The notes under the pieces were generated by a model. That model worked only from the letters and a program-made list of their open reading frames with translations, had not been told where the DNA came from and searched no databases. Below, piece after piece: positions 27,160-41,783 of a stretch of 64,000 nucleotides of DNA. Location of the stretch: the NCBI RefSeq assembly GCF_009914755.1, contig NC_060931.1; one strand, written 5' to 3'. The translations under genes were made by a program, and so were the position numbers. How positions within the stretch are numbered: position 1 is the stretch's first letter; each line of letters begins with the position of its first letter. The DNA is from the human T2T-CHM13v2.0 reference genome, Homo sapiens.

Positions 27160-30100
27160 ATGATGAATAGAATAGTATTTCACATCTCAATACTGACATT
27201 GAATGTAAATGGCCTAAATGTTCCACTTAAAAGATACAGAATGGCAGAATGGATAAAGAATTCACCAACCAAGTTTCTGCTGTCTTCAGGAAACTCACCT
27301 GACACATAAGGACTCAGATAAATTTAAGGCAAAGGGGTAGAAAAAGATATTCCATGCAACTGGACACTAAAATCCAGCAGTAGTAGCAATTCTTATATCA
27401 GGCAAAACAAATTTTAAAGCAACAGCAGTTAAAAAAGACAAAGAGGGACATTATAGAATGATAAAAAGACAAGTCCAACAGGAAAATATCACAATTTTAA
27501 ATACATATGCACCTAACACTGGAGCTCCCAAATTTATAAAACAATTACTACTAGACCTAAGAAATGAGATAGATGGCAATATAATAATAGTGGGGGACTT
27601 TAATACTCCACTGACAGCACTAGACAGGTCATCAAGATCGAAAATGAACAAAGAAACAATGGACTTAAACTATACCCTATAACAAATGAACTTAACAGAT
27701 ATTTATAGAACATTCTACCCAACAACTATAGACTTTACATTCTATTCATCAGCACATGGTACATTCTCCAAGATAGACCATATGATAGGCCACAAAACAA
27801 GTCTCAGTAAATTTAAGAAAATAGAAATTATATCAAGTACCCTCCCAGACCACAGTGGAATAAAACTGTAAATCAACTCCAAAAGAACCCCTCAAAACCA
27901 TATAAGCACATGGAAATTAAATAACTTGTTCCTGAATGATCACTGGGTAAACAAATCACGATGGAAATTAAAAAATTATTTGAACTGAATGATAATAGTG
28001 ACACAACCTATCAAAACCTCTGGGATACAGCAAAAGCAGTGCTAAGAGGAAAGTTCATAGCATTAAATGCCTGTATCAAAAAGTCTGAAAGAGCACAAAT
28101 AGACGATCTAAGGTCACACCTCATGGAACTGGAGAAACAAGAACAATCTAAACTCAAACCAAGCAGAAGAAAAGAAATAACAAAGATCAGAGCAGAACTA
28201 AATGAAACTGAAACAACAACAAAAAAACAATACAAAAGATAGATTAAACAAAAAGCTGGTTCTTTGAAAATATAAATAAAATTGATAGACCATTAGTGAG
28301 ATTAACCAAGAAAAGAAGAAAGAAGATCCAAATAAGCTCAATTAGAAACAAAATGGGAGATATTACAACTAATACCACAGAAATACAAGGCTACTATGAA
28401 CACCTTCACGTGCATAAACCAGAAAACCTGGAGGAGATAAATTTCAGGATAAATTCCTGAAAATATACAACCCTCCTAGATTAAACCAGGAAGATAGAGA
28501 ATCTCTGAACAGACCAATAACAAGCAGCGTGATTGAAATAGTAATGTAAAAATTGCCAACAAAAAAAAAAGTCCAGGACCAGACAAATTCACAGCTGAAT
28601 TCTATCAGACATGTAAAGAAAATTAGTACCAATCCTATTGACACTATTCCGCAAGATAGACAAAGAAGGAATCCTCCCTAAATCATTTTATGAAGCCAGT
28701 ATCACCCTAATACCAAAACCAGGGAAGGACATTAAAAAAACAGAAAACTACAGACCAATACCCTTGATCAACACAGATGCAAAAATCCCCAACAAAATAC
28801 TAGTGAACTGAAGCCAAGAGCATATCAAAAAGATAATCCACATGATCAAGTGTGTTTCATACCAGGGATGCAGGGATGGTTTAACATATATGAGTCAGTA
28901 AGTGTGATACACCACTAACAGAATTGAAAACAAAAATCACATGATCATCTCAATAGATGCAGAAAAAGCATTTGACAAAATCCAGCATCACTTTATGATT
29001 AAAACCCTCAGCAAAATCGGCATAGAAGGGACATAACTTAAGGGAATAAAAGCCATCCAAGACAAACCCACCACCTACATTATGCTGAATGGGGAAAAGT
29101 TGAAAGCATTCCCCCTGAGAACTGGAACAAAACAAGAATGCCCACTTTCACCACTTGTATTAAACACAGTACTAGAAGTCCTGGCTAGAGCAATCAGGCA
29201 AGAGAAAGAAATAAAGGGCATCCAAATTGGTAAAGAGGAAGTCAAACTGTTGCTGTGTGCTGATGATATCATTGTATACCTAGAAAACCCTAGAGTTATC
29301 CAGAAAGCTCCTAGAACTGGTAAATGAATTCAGCAATGTTTCAGGATACAAAATTAATGTACACAAATCAGTAGCTCTGCTATACACCAACAGTGACCAA
29401 GTTGAGAATCAAATCAAGAACTCAATCCCTTTCGTAATAGCTGCAAAAAAATGAAATGCTTAGGAATATACCTAACCAAGGAGGTGAAAGACCTCTACAA
29501 GGAAAACTACAAAACACTGCTGAAAGAAATCATAGATGCCACAGCAAATGGAAACACATCCCATGCTCATGAGTGGGTAGAATCAATATTGTGAAAATGA
29601 CCACACTGCCAAAAAAAATCCACAAATTTAATGCAATTCCCATCAAAATACCACCATCATTCTTCACAGAACTAGAAAAAACAATCCTAAAATTCATATG
29701 GAACCAAAAAAGAGCCTGCATAGCCAAAGCAAGACTAAGCAAAGAAAAAAAAAAAAATCTGGAGGCATCACATTACTCAACTCTAAACTATACTATAAGG
29801 CCACAGTTAGGAAAACAGCGTGGTACTGGTATAAAAATCAGCACATAGACCAGTGGAGCAGAATAGAGAACCCAGAAATAAAGCCAAATACTTACAGCCA
29901 ACTGATCTTCAACAAAACAAACAACAACATAAAGAGGGGAGAGGACACCCTATTCAACAAATGGTGCTGGGATAATTGGCAAGTCACATGTAGCAGAATG
30001 AAACTTGATCCTCATCTCTCACCTTATACAAAAATCAACTCAAGATAGGTCAAATACTTAAATCTAAGACCTGAAACCATAAAGATTATAGAAGACAACA

Positions 30101-30900
30101 TTGGAAAAACCCTTCTAGACATTGGCTTAGCCAAAGACTTCATGACCAAGAACCCAAAAGCAAATGCAACTAAAACAAAGATAAATAGATAGCACTTAAA
30201 CTAAAAACCTTCTGCACAGCAAAAGAAATAATTAGCAGAATTAACAGACAACCCACAGAGTGGTAAAAAATATTCACAATCTATACATCTGACAAATGAC
30301 TAATATCCAGAATCTACAAAGAACGCAAACAAATCAGCAAGAAAAAAAAATCCCATCAAAAAGTGGGCTAAGGACAGGCATAGACAATTCTCAAGAAAAG
30401 ATATACAAATGACCAACAAGCACAGGAAAAATGCTCAGCATCACTAATTATCAGGGAAATGCAAATCAAAATTGCATTTTGATACGACCTTACTCCTGCA
30501 AGAATGCCCATAAGCAAAAAACCATAAAGTAATAGATGTTGGCATGGATGCAATGAAAACATTTTTACACTGTTGGTGGAATGTAAACTAGTACATAGTT
30601 CCACTATGGAAAACAGTGTGGAGATTCCTTAAAGAACTAAAAATAGATCTACCATTTGATCCAGCAATCCCACTACTAGGTATCTACTCAGAGGAAGTCA
30701 TTATATGAAAAAGATACTTGCACACACATGTTTAAGCGGCACAACTTGCAATAGCAAAAATATGGAACCAGCCCAAATGCCCATCAATCAATGAGTGGAT
30801 AAAGAAAATTTGGTGTATATACAGACGGAATACTACTCAGCCATGAAAAGGAATGAAATAATGGCATTTGCAGCAACCTGGATGAAACTGGACACTATTA
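27160..30900 (+). pseudogene. L1 ORF2p remnant (endonuclease/RT), disrupted
   Basis: [56 protein letters not shown]; broken into many short ORFs. Confidence 0.92.
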
Positions 30901-31259
30901 TGCTATGAGGACACAAAAGCATAAGAATGACACATTGGACTCTGGGAACTCAGGGGAAACTGTCAGGGGTAGCAAGGGAAAAAAGACTACACATTGGGTA
31001 CAGTGTACACTGCTCAAGTGATGGTGCACCAAAATCTCAGAAATCACCCCTAAAGAACTTATTCATGTAACCAAACACCACCTGTTCCCTAAAAACCTAT
31101 TGAAATAAAAAATAAAAAATTATAAAAATATTTTGGTCACATCAACACTTAAAAATCTTTTTAGAAATACTTAATATTTTACTAAAAGTGAGACAGCATA
31201 TTAGGGATACGATAATGTGTAATTTCTCTTGAGGTTCCTGTTCCTCCTTCAAAGCCTTC

Positions 31260-31610
31260 TCTGATCATATCCAGATCTCTGGGTCCCATCCACACTTCTT
31301 GTCAGTTCTGGAGCCACATTTCCAGCTGCCTACTGGACGGTCCAACTTGATGGGGTTCATTTAAAACTCATCATGTCCCAAGGTGAATCTTGCCATTTTT
31401 ACAAGTCTCCATATCTCTTCCCAATCCCATCTTCCCCCTTCCCTTCCCTTCACTGTCTTCCACTTCTAAACTGGAACACTCAATTGCTCCTCCTTCTGAA
31501 CTTTTCAATGGTTCCCAATGTCGAAATCCAACCTCCCAGACATGACTTCTCTTGATGGCTACGTCTCCAGACTGTTCTTCTACCAATCATCCATGTGTTT
31601 TCTAAATTCT
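31260..31610 (+). mobile_element. L2 fragment
   Basis: ccacatttccagctgcctactggac...aaactcatcatgtccca. Confidence 0.6.
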
Positions 31611-31699
31611 CCTGCTCATGGCCAAGGACTCCTCGCCTGTATATCTCTATTCTTGTTGGTCTAGATTGGTTGGAATGCCCTGCATACCCAAACCCATAA

Positions 31700-31701
<2 letters not shown>

Positions 31702-31735
<34 letters not shown>

Positions 31736-31747
31736 ACACACACACAC
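31702..31747 (+). repeat. (CA)n microsatellite
   Basis: Directly visible, one TA interruption. Confidence 0.95.
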
Positions 31748-32483
31748 CTCCATCCCCCTGCCATACACACACACATCTAGGCCCTAACCAGAAAATGCCT
31801 ATCTGGTAACCCAAATGTCACCTCCCTGCAGTCATTTCTATGCTTTCTAGGCTGGGGAGTTAAGTGGATTAAGTGCCCCTGTGTAAGCATTTATCAAATT
31901 TTATTTCAATCATCTCTGTGCTTCACTATGTGCCCTTCCCTGTGCTGCCCAACAAAACAAAATGTTAATCTTCAACAGAATCCCTTTTTTCTTTTTTGTC
32001 TTCTTATGCAAGTATGATTCTTGATACAAAGCAAATTGCTCAATAAGTATTTGTTTAAATGAATTACAGTGAAGTGAATTAATGGCTTCAAAGAATTTAT
32101 AATTTAAAAGGAGAAACAAGAACAAGGATTCTCTTATTCACCCATAACACAGGTCTCAATGAAAGTTTGGGGAATAACTGAAAGCATAAATGAATAAAAG
32201 AGTAGGTAGAAAACTGGGTATCCCCACAAAGGGAGCTGATAAAGGACTACAGAAATTTAATGGAGAGAGACATGACACTCTTTTTTACTTTTTGTTTCTC
32301 ATTTTAGTACCCTAAGCTGCAAAGCTTAAAATAAATGAATGCAAAAGATTTGGAAGTGGGAGAGGTTTTTTTAAAAAAAATAAAATAAAAATAAAAAGAC
32401 TACCACCCACTCCCCATGCTACCCTCCCACTGAAATGACTATAGTTTTAGCATCCGTAATGGGATTGTTGCAGTTTTGAGAAT

Positions 32484-32497
32484 GTTGCCATAGTAAC
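32484..32497. promoter_or_regulatory. RFX X-box motif (GTTGCCATAGTAAC)
   Basis: Near-perfect match to the palindromic RFX site GTTGCCATGGCAAC, in unique sequence. Confidence 0.55.
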
Positions 32498-33039
32498 CAA
32501 CCTCAGCCCTTCCCCTAATATAAGATAAGATTTAGCAAAAGAAATAAATAACAGACTCCCATAGAAACATTATCAAACCTTTCCATATAAATAACCTGGG
32601 TAATTAAATGTTTCAAAACAGAATATTTAGGGAGCCGTGAAAAAGAAAACATTCTACAAAGTGTATTTTTAAATGAAGGAGGAAAAAAAAACACACAAAA
32701 CATCAGCTGGAACACTTGGCTGCCTGAATGGTTTCAAGGAGTCACAATTTCCAAACTTGCCTGGACAAGAACCACAGTCAGAACGGAGAAGCGCAATTCT
32801 GTATTTTGATACACAAGCAACATTCCTATCAGAAATTCTCCAACCTTATTCTAAGGAGTTATTTCAACATACAAGTAAGAGAACCTCCTCTTTGTATTCC
32901 CCCAAACACAACAAGGGGCACTTGGAAAATATTATCTGTAGTAGATCCTCATAGTACTATTACCTAGGTAACACCATAGTTTTGCTATATTCATGCTCTG
33001 TTCTTTTCAAGAATTCTCTAGTTGATATGTTAATCTATA

Positions 33040-33258
33040 GCAAGGATTGCACACTTCTTCAGAAAAGAACAAGAAAATAAATATTTTAGCCTTTGAAGAC
33101 CACACAATCTCAGTCACAACTACTCCACTCTGTCACTGTAGCACAAAAGTAGCCACAGATAATACATAAATGAATAAGCATGGCTGTATTCCAATAAAAC
33201 TTTATTTACAAAAACAGCCAGCGAGATCTGGTCCATGGGCCATAGTTTGCCGACTCTT
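33040..33258 (+). mobile_element. MER58A DNA transposon
   Basis: taaatattttagcctttg...caactactccactctgtcactgtagcacaaaagtagcca...ccaataaaactttatttacaaaaacag...gggccatagtttgccgac. Confidence 0.9.
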
Positions 33259-33296
33259 TATTTCTTCTTTGACTATGTTACAGATTGTGTATTACC

Positions 33297-33297
<1 letters not shown>

Positions 33298-33335
<38 letters not shown>
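33298..33335 (+). repeat. (CA)n microsatellite
   Basis: Uninterrupted run of about 19 units. Confidence 0.95.
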
Positions 33336-33337
<2 letters not shown>

Positions 33338-33719
33338 GAACCACTCTTTCGCCCAGGCCTATGACAGTATGCTGCATTCAAAGCCAGAGAAAAGGGATCA
33401 ATGTATTCATGATCCGAAGACTGACTCTGGATATGACTGCAATAAGCTACTGTGAGAAACTGTGAAATTCTTTCTTATGGAATTTCAAAAGCCAAATAGA
33501 AAGCCATCTGTCAAAGAAGGGTAGGTACAATACTTCCAACCAACTGGCTGCTGCTCTACTTTAAATAGATAAAAAGCTCAGATGCCTGGCATGGGGCCCA
33601 ATGACGCACTAATCAATAAAGCAAATTATTATCAGTCTGAGGCGTGGAGCAATTTCTACCAATTTGCAAACTTGGATGATTTTCTGAAATTTCTTTAAGC
33701 TCTAGAAAGAGACGTGGAT

Positions 33720-33940
33720 GCGGCTGGTGAAACAGAAAGAGCAGGACTCAGAAGATGGCTGGTGCATGAATCCCATTCTCTCCCTGCTAACTGGTGGTGT
33801 TACCTGACAAAGCACTTAATGACTGTATTATCACCTGGAAAATGGGTATAACAGTGCCTGTTGTTAGATTTGTTGAAGATTAAATTAGATAACCTCTATA
33901 AAGCACTTCCTACAGAATAAGAATTCAATTAATGTTAGTT
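33720..33940 (+). mobile_element. MIR
   Basis: gaatcccattctctccctgctaact...aaaatgggtataacagtgcct...gattaaattagataa...aaagcactt. Confidence 0.7.
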
Positions 33941-35640
33941 GCATTCCCCTCAAAGGATTAGGCAACCTTCAGCACTTGGCTTAATTTTCTCTGTTCTCTC
34001 AGAGAGGCACCACTGGGGTCAGTGTTGCTACAGTCCAAAGGATAATTTTTTTCACCTGAAAAACTGCTGTAGAAGGAGCTGTGAGCAAGGCTTAAGCAAC
34101 TCATTAGCAAGGAAACCAGCCCAAGTGAGCAATGGCATGTGACAAGCACCACATCTCAGTAACTCTCACCTCAGTACTCACAAACCTCCTCCTCTCTATC
34201 CCTCTTGATTTCTGTGTGTATGTGTCTACCTCTCCTGTTTTTCTCTCTTTCCTTCTTATCCACTCTATTTCTCCTCCTATATCTCTTCTCTCATCTTCCT
34301 CAGCTGGCCATAATATGAACTAGAAGAATACTTATTTAATGGGTTTGCATTCTTTTGCAAGTGACCTAAAGGTTGTCCTTTCTTAAATGTGCCTGATTAT
34401 TTTGGTGGGTCAGTGGTCCTGACATAGGAAGATTCTCTACCCCTGCTCAAAATCTTTCTAGCATATCTTCTCCAAAAGATTCATTGGTATTAAACACTAA
34501 AGAAAAGGCTTGTTTCATTACAAAAGGCAAGCCAACTTTAAATAAAAGGACCCAAGGCAATCAGAAGAGCTGGACCTCAGGTTTCTACAGACTTTTTCAG
34601 GTAGAGCTATGTCCCTTAAAATTTATAAGATCCTATAAGATTTCTTAAGTGTGAAACTCAGCTGCAGCTGTATATGGGAAGGTCTCTATTCTGTTGGAGA
34701 GATGCTCTGGTAATGAACAAAAAAACCTTTTAGCTCTTTGGAAAGAGACGCTAGATAACGAATTTAATTCCATTCCCTAACTCATTGTCACATGGTGACA
34801 GTGGTGGAAGAAGTTCCTGACATTTGCTTCAGAGAATATTTTATTTTAGGGGTGGGTGAAGAAATGTAAGTGAAACAAACCACTCAATCCTTTCCCCCTC
34901 ACTTCAATTATGCTGTCAAATTATCATGAAATGTCTAGAGATTAAGTCTTATGTACACATGCGCAGTTGAATACATTTCAGCCACATAAAATAAAGCAGT
35001 TTAGCCACAACTCATTAAGTTGGCTGTATCAAACATCTCAGTGGCCATTCAGAAAGGATAAACTATTGAAAAGGACTGAATTAAATACAGCAGAGAAAAG
35101 AGAGTGTCTTTTTCCCTGAGAGCACTGCTCTGAGGCATGAGCCATAGGTCTAGAATATATTGGTTTAGCAATGAACACAAATGTCGACTGAGCACCTGTG
35201 CTATGAAACACAGACAGGGGGAGCCGGCTTCCAAGAATCACAAGCATAGAGATGGAAATCCCTTAGGATGGGTGTGGACAAAGAGAGAAAGAGAATGAGA
35301 TAGAGATAAAGTTAGTTTGGAGAACAGAATATGAGAAATCAATAACTACTTTCCCCCAATCCTCCATTGGGGGATTATATGTATAATAGAAATCAACAGC
35401 AAAATGTGACCCTATAATCAACATATTTCATTCCTACATTGAGAGATATTTTATTTCCCCTTCATCCATTCATTAAGCATCTATTAAGCATCTATTACAA
35501 ATAAGCACTGTGTTGGGTGCTGATTTTGAGAAACAGAAGTGCTACTCGATAGCACCAGGAGGTTCTTTCTTCCAGTTAACAATAGCTTATCACTAACATT
35601 TATGAGTGCTTGCCATGTGCCAGGCATTTTTCTAGGCAAC

Positions 35641-36041
35641 TAGTATGGTTTGGATATTTGTTCCTTCCAAATCTCATGTTGAAATGTGATCCACATTGTT
35701 GGAGATGGGGCCTGGCAGGAGGTGTTTGGGTCATGGTGCTGGATCCCTCATGAATGGCTTGGTGCCATCCCCTTGGTGATGAGTTACTTCTCACTCTATT
35801 AGTTCACATGGGAGCTGGTTGTTTAAAGGAACTTGGCATCTCCCTCTTTCACCATGTGACATGTCTGATCTCCCTTTGCTTCTGCCATGAGTAAAAGCTC
35901 CCTGAGGGCCTCACCAGAAGCCTAGCAGAGGCTGGTGCCATGCTTGCATGGCCTGCAGAACCGTGAACCAAATAAACTTCTTTTCATTTTAAATTACCCA
36001 GTCTCAGGTATTCCTACAGCAATGTAAAACAGATTAATACA
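35641..36041 (+). mobile_element. MSTB-like MaLR solo LTR inserted in a MIR
   Basis: tatggtttggatatttg...aaatctcatgttgaaatgtgatcc...aataaac...aattacccagtctcaggtatt...ca; 5-bp TSD GCAAC; flanks join into a minus-strand MIR. Confidence 0.92.
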
Positions 36042-36307
36042 GCAACTTACAAGCATTCACTCATTTAATTCTCACCATTGTCTTATGAGGATGGTAAAGA
36101 ATAGTTGCTATTATTGCTATTGCATCAGATAGTTTATCTCTTTCCTCTTTTCTTTTTTCTTTTTGTGTAAAAGCTAAACTGCTTAATTAGATGTCTCTAC
36201 TTTGTAATACTAGGGACTTCAAGGAGCAACGTTCGTTCCTCTGTCCTGACATTACCTTGGTCTCTGTCCATCTGCCTTCATCTCTAGATAACGAAAAAAA
36301 GCCCTAG

Positions 36308-36670
<363 letters not shown>

Positions 36671-37559
36671 TACATTTTAATCTCTTACAAACACCATTTT
36701 CACATGTCATTCCCCTGCTTAAGAACTTATATAAAACATTAAAATGGGCTACTAATGTTTACCATATTTCTTCAACTTTTTTTCTCCTTAATGTGATTCC
36801 TACAATATGTTCTCATTCAAAGATCCACATATCTGGAAGAGCCAAGAAGATTTTGAAGGACTTTATTTTCTGGAGTTTGAATAAAGTTATTTAATCTGTT
36901 AATAATTTTCTAATAATCACAAATTAGTCCCCTTCCATTCCCACGTAACTTACTGAAGATTACCCAACAAATTTAAATACAAACTCCTACCAAGTTTTCA
37001 AAGTCACCATCATCTAGCCATATGCTAATAAATTTGCATCAATTCCCATAATTCTTATATAAACCCTCACCTTGAGTTAAACTAATCTTCCTACTATTCA
37101 GTTTGAAAATAATTTATAGAGCATCTATGAAATCCAGTCACTGAGGATACATATATAAGCAAGACATAATGCATGTCCCCAAAAATGTTACAGTTTAGAC
37201 CTCTACTGCACATAATAAATAATTCCCACCTCTGTAGGTTGGCCCATGTTCTTTCATCTGCATGACACGCATTCACTTTCTCCCCATCCTTTCCTCAAAG
37301 CCTAACTCAAATAATGCCTTTTGGACCATTCCAGCCTGCACAGATTTTCTCCCTCTCTGATATTCTTGAAGCTCAACTATTTATTCTTACCATAAAGAGT
37401 TACAAGAAGGACAAGACTGTACAAAGATTAATATTCTCCAAGACTTTAGGAGCAGATACTTCTGAAATTTAAGTTGATACAAATGAACATTAAATAGATG
37501 AAGCTAGCAAATTGCAGGAATCCTCCCAGGACAACCACATGAAGATGTAAACATGCTAC

Positions 37560-37720
37560 AGGCATGTATTTATCAAACTTTAATGTGTGCATAAATCACC
37601 TTGTTGAAATGAAGATTCTAACTTACTAAAGTCTGGAGTGGGACCTGAAATTCTACATTTCTGACAAGTTCTCAGGTGATGCTGATGCTGCACTCTTTGA
37701 ACCATACTTCAAGTAGCAAG
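37560..37720. mobile_element. MER5A
   Basis: tcaaactttaatgtgtgcataaatcacc...gtctggagtgggacctgaaattctacatttctgacaagttctcaggtgatgctgatgctg. Confidence 0.85.
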
Positions 37721-39278
37721 TGGATAGCAAGTGTATCTCAAGAGTCCCCAGTCAATCCCAAAGCTTTACTGCCTCAGTTGTGTTCTGCTGGCTTTATCAG
37801 GTTTCTAAGTTGAGACAGATATCTACTCAGGTTTTATCAGCAGCAAATACCACCAACATCCTCATTTCATGATCTCAAGACTTAAGATAAATATTTAGTG
37901 GTGGTTATTGTTCACAGAAATATTAGATATACCATTCCCCTTGGAGACACAGATATCAATCTTCCTAAAGAGGAGACAAGCATCAGACTTCATCGTCCAG
38001 CTACGTCCTTTTTAACACATCTATTTCCCTTTTTCTGATTCTGTACTCACAAAACAACTTCCTAGTCTGATATTTGTGTCTCAAAAGAAGTCAGTCCTGA
38101 TATGAAAACCACCTAGGAAAAAGAAGCACTCCAGACAGAATGATGCTCCCTGAAAGTATGAGAGCAGTTGCAAAAATTGTCAAAATCAACATTTTCAGAA
38201 TTCTAAAAATTAACCAAAAGGTTGAAATAAAAATGGCTTATTCTACAGAACAGTGAGCTCTGTGATACTTAAACCTACCCTATTCCTATTCCCATCTCCC
38301 TTTCCCTATCTCTGCAGTACCCTTGAAAACCAGCAGCTTTAGAAAGATGGTAGCTGTGAAAACCAGTGGCCTAGTAGCTATTGGAGAGAGCAGAATAGGT
38401 TTGGATCCGCCACAAAAGGCCCATCCTCAGAGAATTATCACTATTGTACTTGTTTGGAAGCTCCCTGGGAAATTCTCATTCACATGGAATTATCCTCATT
38501 TGACCTAAGTCAGCTATTACTCAGTGAGGAAATCCCTGTACCCAGGGGATTTTTCCAAAAGAATCAGGAATTGTTTAATATCATAGCTGCCTGAGGTGGC
38601 CCTATCTGTTGCGGCAAATTAAGAAGCTGATCGAAAAACTTAAAAATCAAAATATGGGAAATGAGAAGTCCACGGGAGCTTTGGAAAGTTCTGACATATT
38701 CTTGGGAATCTGGAAAGCCATGCATATGCGCAAGCTGTGAGTATTCCCAGGAAGGATCTGAGAAGACCCCAATCTCTCACTTTTGGCTGACAAAGCAGGA
38801 AGTAAAGGCTAAGGTAGAGTTATCAAGTTACCAAAGTATTTATTGCATACTCTAACTCACACATATAGATCACAAAAAAGTAGTGGGAAAGTTATTGGTT
38901 GAATAAATTTGAGGAAATGTCTGTCCAATTATTAGCTGACCACTAAGCTAACCAAGCAGAGATTTTAGATGCTGCACACAACAAAGAACACAGACTTTAC
39001 AGAATTTTAAAAGTCACTAAAAAACATACAAACACACAGCATCAACAACTACTACTACTACTAGTAATGGCAACAAAAACAAAAAGTAAGGATATGATTT
39101 CCAAGGATGCTCTATTATATTACTTTAACAGTCCAGTTTTCAACAACAACAAAAAATAAGATACATAGTAAAATAGGAAAGCATGGTCCATACACATGAA
39201 GGAAAAACAGCCAACAGAAACTGCCTCTGAGAAAGCCTAGATATTGGGGTTACACAAAGTTTTAAATAAAAAGCTTTA

Positions 39279-39577
<299 letters not shown>

Positions 39578-41477
39578 TTACGTATGTTCAAAGAACTAAA
39601 GTACATCTTGCCTAGAGAGTTAAAGGAAAATATGAGAATGATGTCTCACCAAATAGACAATTTCAACAGAAATAGAAATCATTTAAAAAAGAGCCAAATA
39701 GAAATTCTAGAGTTCGAAAGTGCAATAACGTAAATGAAAAATTCACTGAAGGAGGTCAACAGCACAACTATGCGGACAGAAGAAAGAATTAACAAACTTG
39801 GAAATAAGGCAATTGAGATCATCCAGTTTGAGAAACAGAAAAGAATGAAGGAAAATAAACAAAGCCTCAGAGACTTGTGGGACATGAGCCAGCATACCAA
39901 CATACATGCAAGGAGAGTTCCAGAAGGAGAGAAAAGAAAGAAAGGGACAGAGAGTGTATTTGACAAAATAAAGTCTGAAAATATCCTAAATAATAAAAAG
40001 TATTAGTCTATACATCTAAGAAGCACAATGAATTCCAAGTAGGATAAACTCAGAAATTCATACCTATACATTTAATATAGTTAAACTGTCAAAAACCGAA
40101 TCAGACAGAATCTTGAGATCAGCAAGAGAAAAATAATATGCCAGCAATCTTCAATAACACTAACAGCTGACTTATCCTAAAACATGGAAGCCAGAGTCAG
40201 AAGGAATGACATATTTAAAAGGCTGGTAGAAAGGGACTGTCAGCAAGAAGACCAAATCTAGCAAAACTATTCTTCAAATTTTATGAGAAATTAAGACATT
40301 CCCAGATAATCAAACACTGAGAGAACCCATCATAAGAAGATCCATCCTACAAGAAATACTAAAAAGAACCCTTCTGCTAAAATGAAGGAACACTTTACAG
40401 TAACTTGAGTATCCATGGAGAAATAAAGACCACCAATAAAGGTAACCACATAGGTAAATATGAAGGACAGTATTAATAAGTTTTGTTTATAATTCTTCTA
40501 TCAGATTTAAATGGAAACAGCATAAACCAATAATTATAAGATAATGTTGATATAGTTATAATGTGTAAAGAGGTCATTGATATGACAATAATTACACAAA
40601 AGAGAAGGAAACAGAGCTGTATATGAACTAAGTTTTTGAAAACTATTAAAATTAAGTTGATATTAACCTGAACTACATTGTTTTAGGATTTCAAATGTAA
40701 TCCTCAGAAAAAAGCAGTAATAAAGTAACTCAAAAATAGGTGGAAGAGATAATTAAAATGATACATTAGGAAATAGATGTTTAACACAAAAGAAGACAGT
40801 AATGAAAGAATGGAGAAAAAATATAAAGAAAGATTTCAAGCAAATAATATATCCTCACACCTTAAGAAACTAGAAGAAGAAAAACTAAACCAAAAGCAAA
40901 CAGAAGGAAGAAAATAATAAAACTTAGAGCCTAAATAAATGAAATAGAGAGGACTTAAACAATAGAGAAAATCAGCAAAATCAAAAGTTGATTCTTTGAA
41001 AAGTGTAATAAATAAAATTGAAAAACTCAGCTAAGCTGACCAAGAAAAAAAGAAGGAAGACTCAAATTACTAAATGGGGGAACATCAGTACTGATCTTAC
41101 TGAAATATAAGGGAATACTATAAACAACTATATGCCAACTAATTAGATGACCTAGATTAAATTTAAAAATTCCTATAAAGACATAAACTACTGAGACTGA
41201 CTAAAGAAAAAAACAGAAAATGTGAAGAGACCTATAATAACCAAAGAGACTGAATTAGTAATTTTAAAAGTTCTCACAATGGAAAGCCCAGACCCAGAGG
41301 GCTCCACTGGGGAATTCTACCAATCATTTAAAGAATTCATACCAATCATTCATAAAATCTTGTGAGAACTGAAAGAGGAAGGAAAACCTTTCAACCTACT
41401 CTACGTGGCCAGTATTATCATGATCTTAAAACCAAACAAAAGCATCGCAAAAAAGAAAAGAGCAGGCCGATATCTGC

Positions 41478-41783
41478 TTTTTTTATTTTTATTTTTTATT
41501 TTTGAGTTAGGATCTCAGTCCATCACCCAGGCTGGAGTGCAGTGGCACAATCATGGCTCACTACAGCCTCAACTTCCTGGGCTCCTGTGATCTTCCCACC
41601 TCAGCCTCCTGAGTAGCTGGCCACAGGTGTGCACCATCACGCCTAGCTAATTTTTGTATTTTTTGTAGAGAGGGTATTTTATCATGTTGCTCAGGCTAGT
41701 CTTGAACTCCTGAGCTCAAGCAATCCACCCACTTCAGCCTCCCAAAGTGCTGTGATTACAGGCATGAGCCACTGTGTCCAGAC
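41478..41783 (-). mobile_element. AluJ, inserted in L1M ORF2
   Basis: J-type cacaatcatggctcactacagcctcaac, ctgagctcaagcaatcc. Confidence 0.92.

Larger units (their letters stand above)
25013..31125 (+). mobile_element. Full-length degraded L1PB (L1PB1-like), ~6.1 kb
   Basis: L1PB 5'UTR (aagatggtggataggaggcagg...), ORF1 and ORF2 remnants, L1PB 3'UTR and poly-A; degenerate 15-bp TSD AAACATTTTGGTTAC (24998-25012) / AAATATTTTGGTCAC (31126-31140). Confidence 0.95.

Noticed and set aside
27458-30048. Endonuclease/reverse-transcriptase ORFs as a novel RT system
   Set aside because: Ordinary fragmented L1 ORF2 with many stops and frameshifts
31618-33465. His/Thr-repeat and Cys/Val-repeat ORFs
   Set aside because: Translations of (CA)n/(TG)n microsatellites
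33968-33985. REST/RE1-like TTCAGCAC
   Set aside because: Right half-site GGACAG is absent
35472-35497. Short tandem duplications (attaagcatct x2; also ~2281, ~3087, ~9618, ~43889)
   Set aside because: 9-13 bp slippage duplications are ubiquitous background
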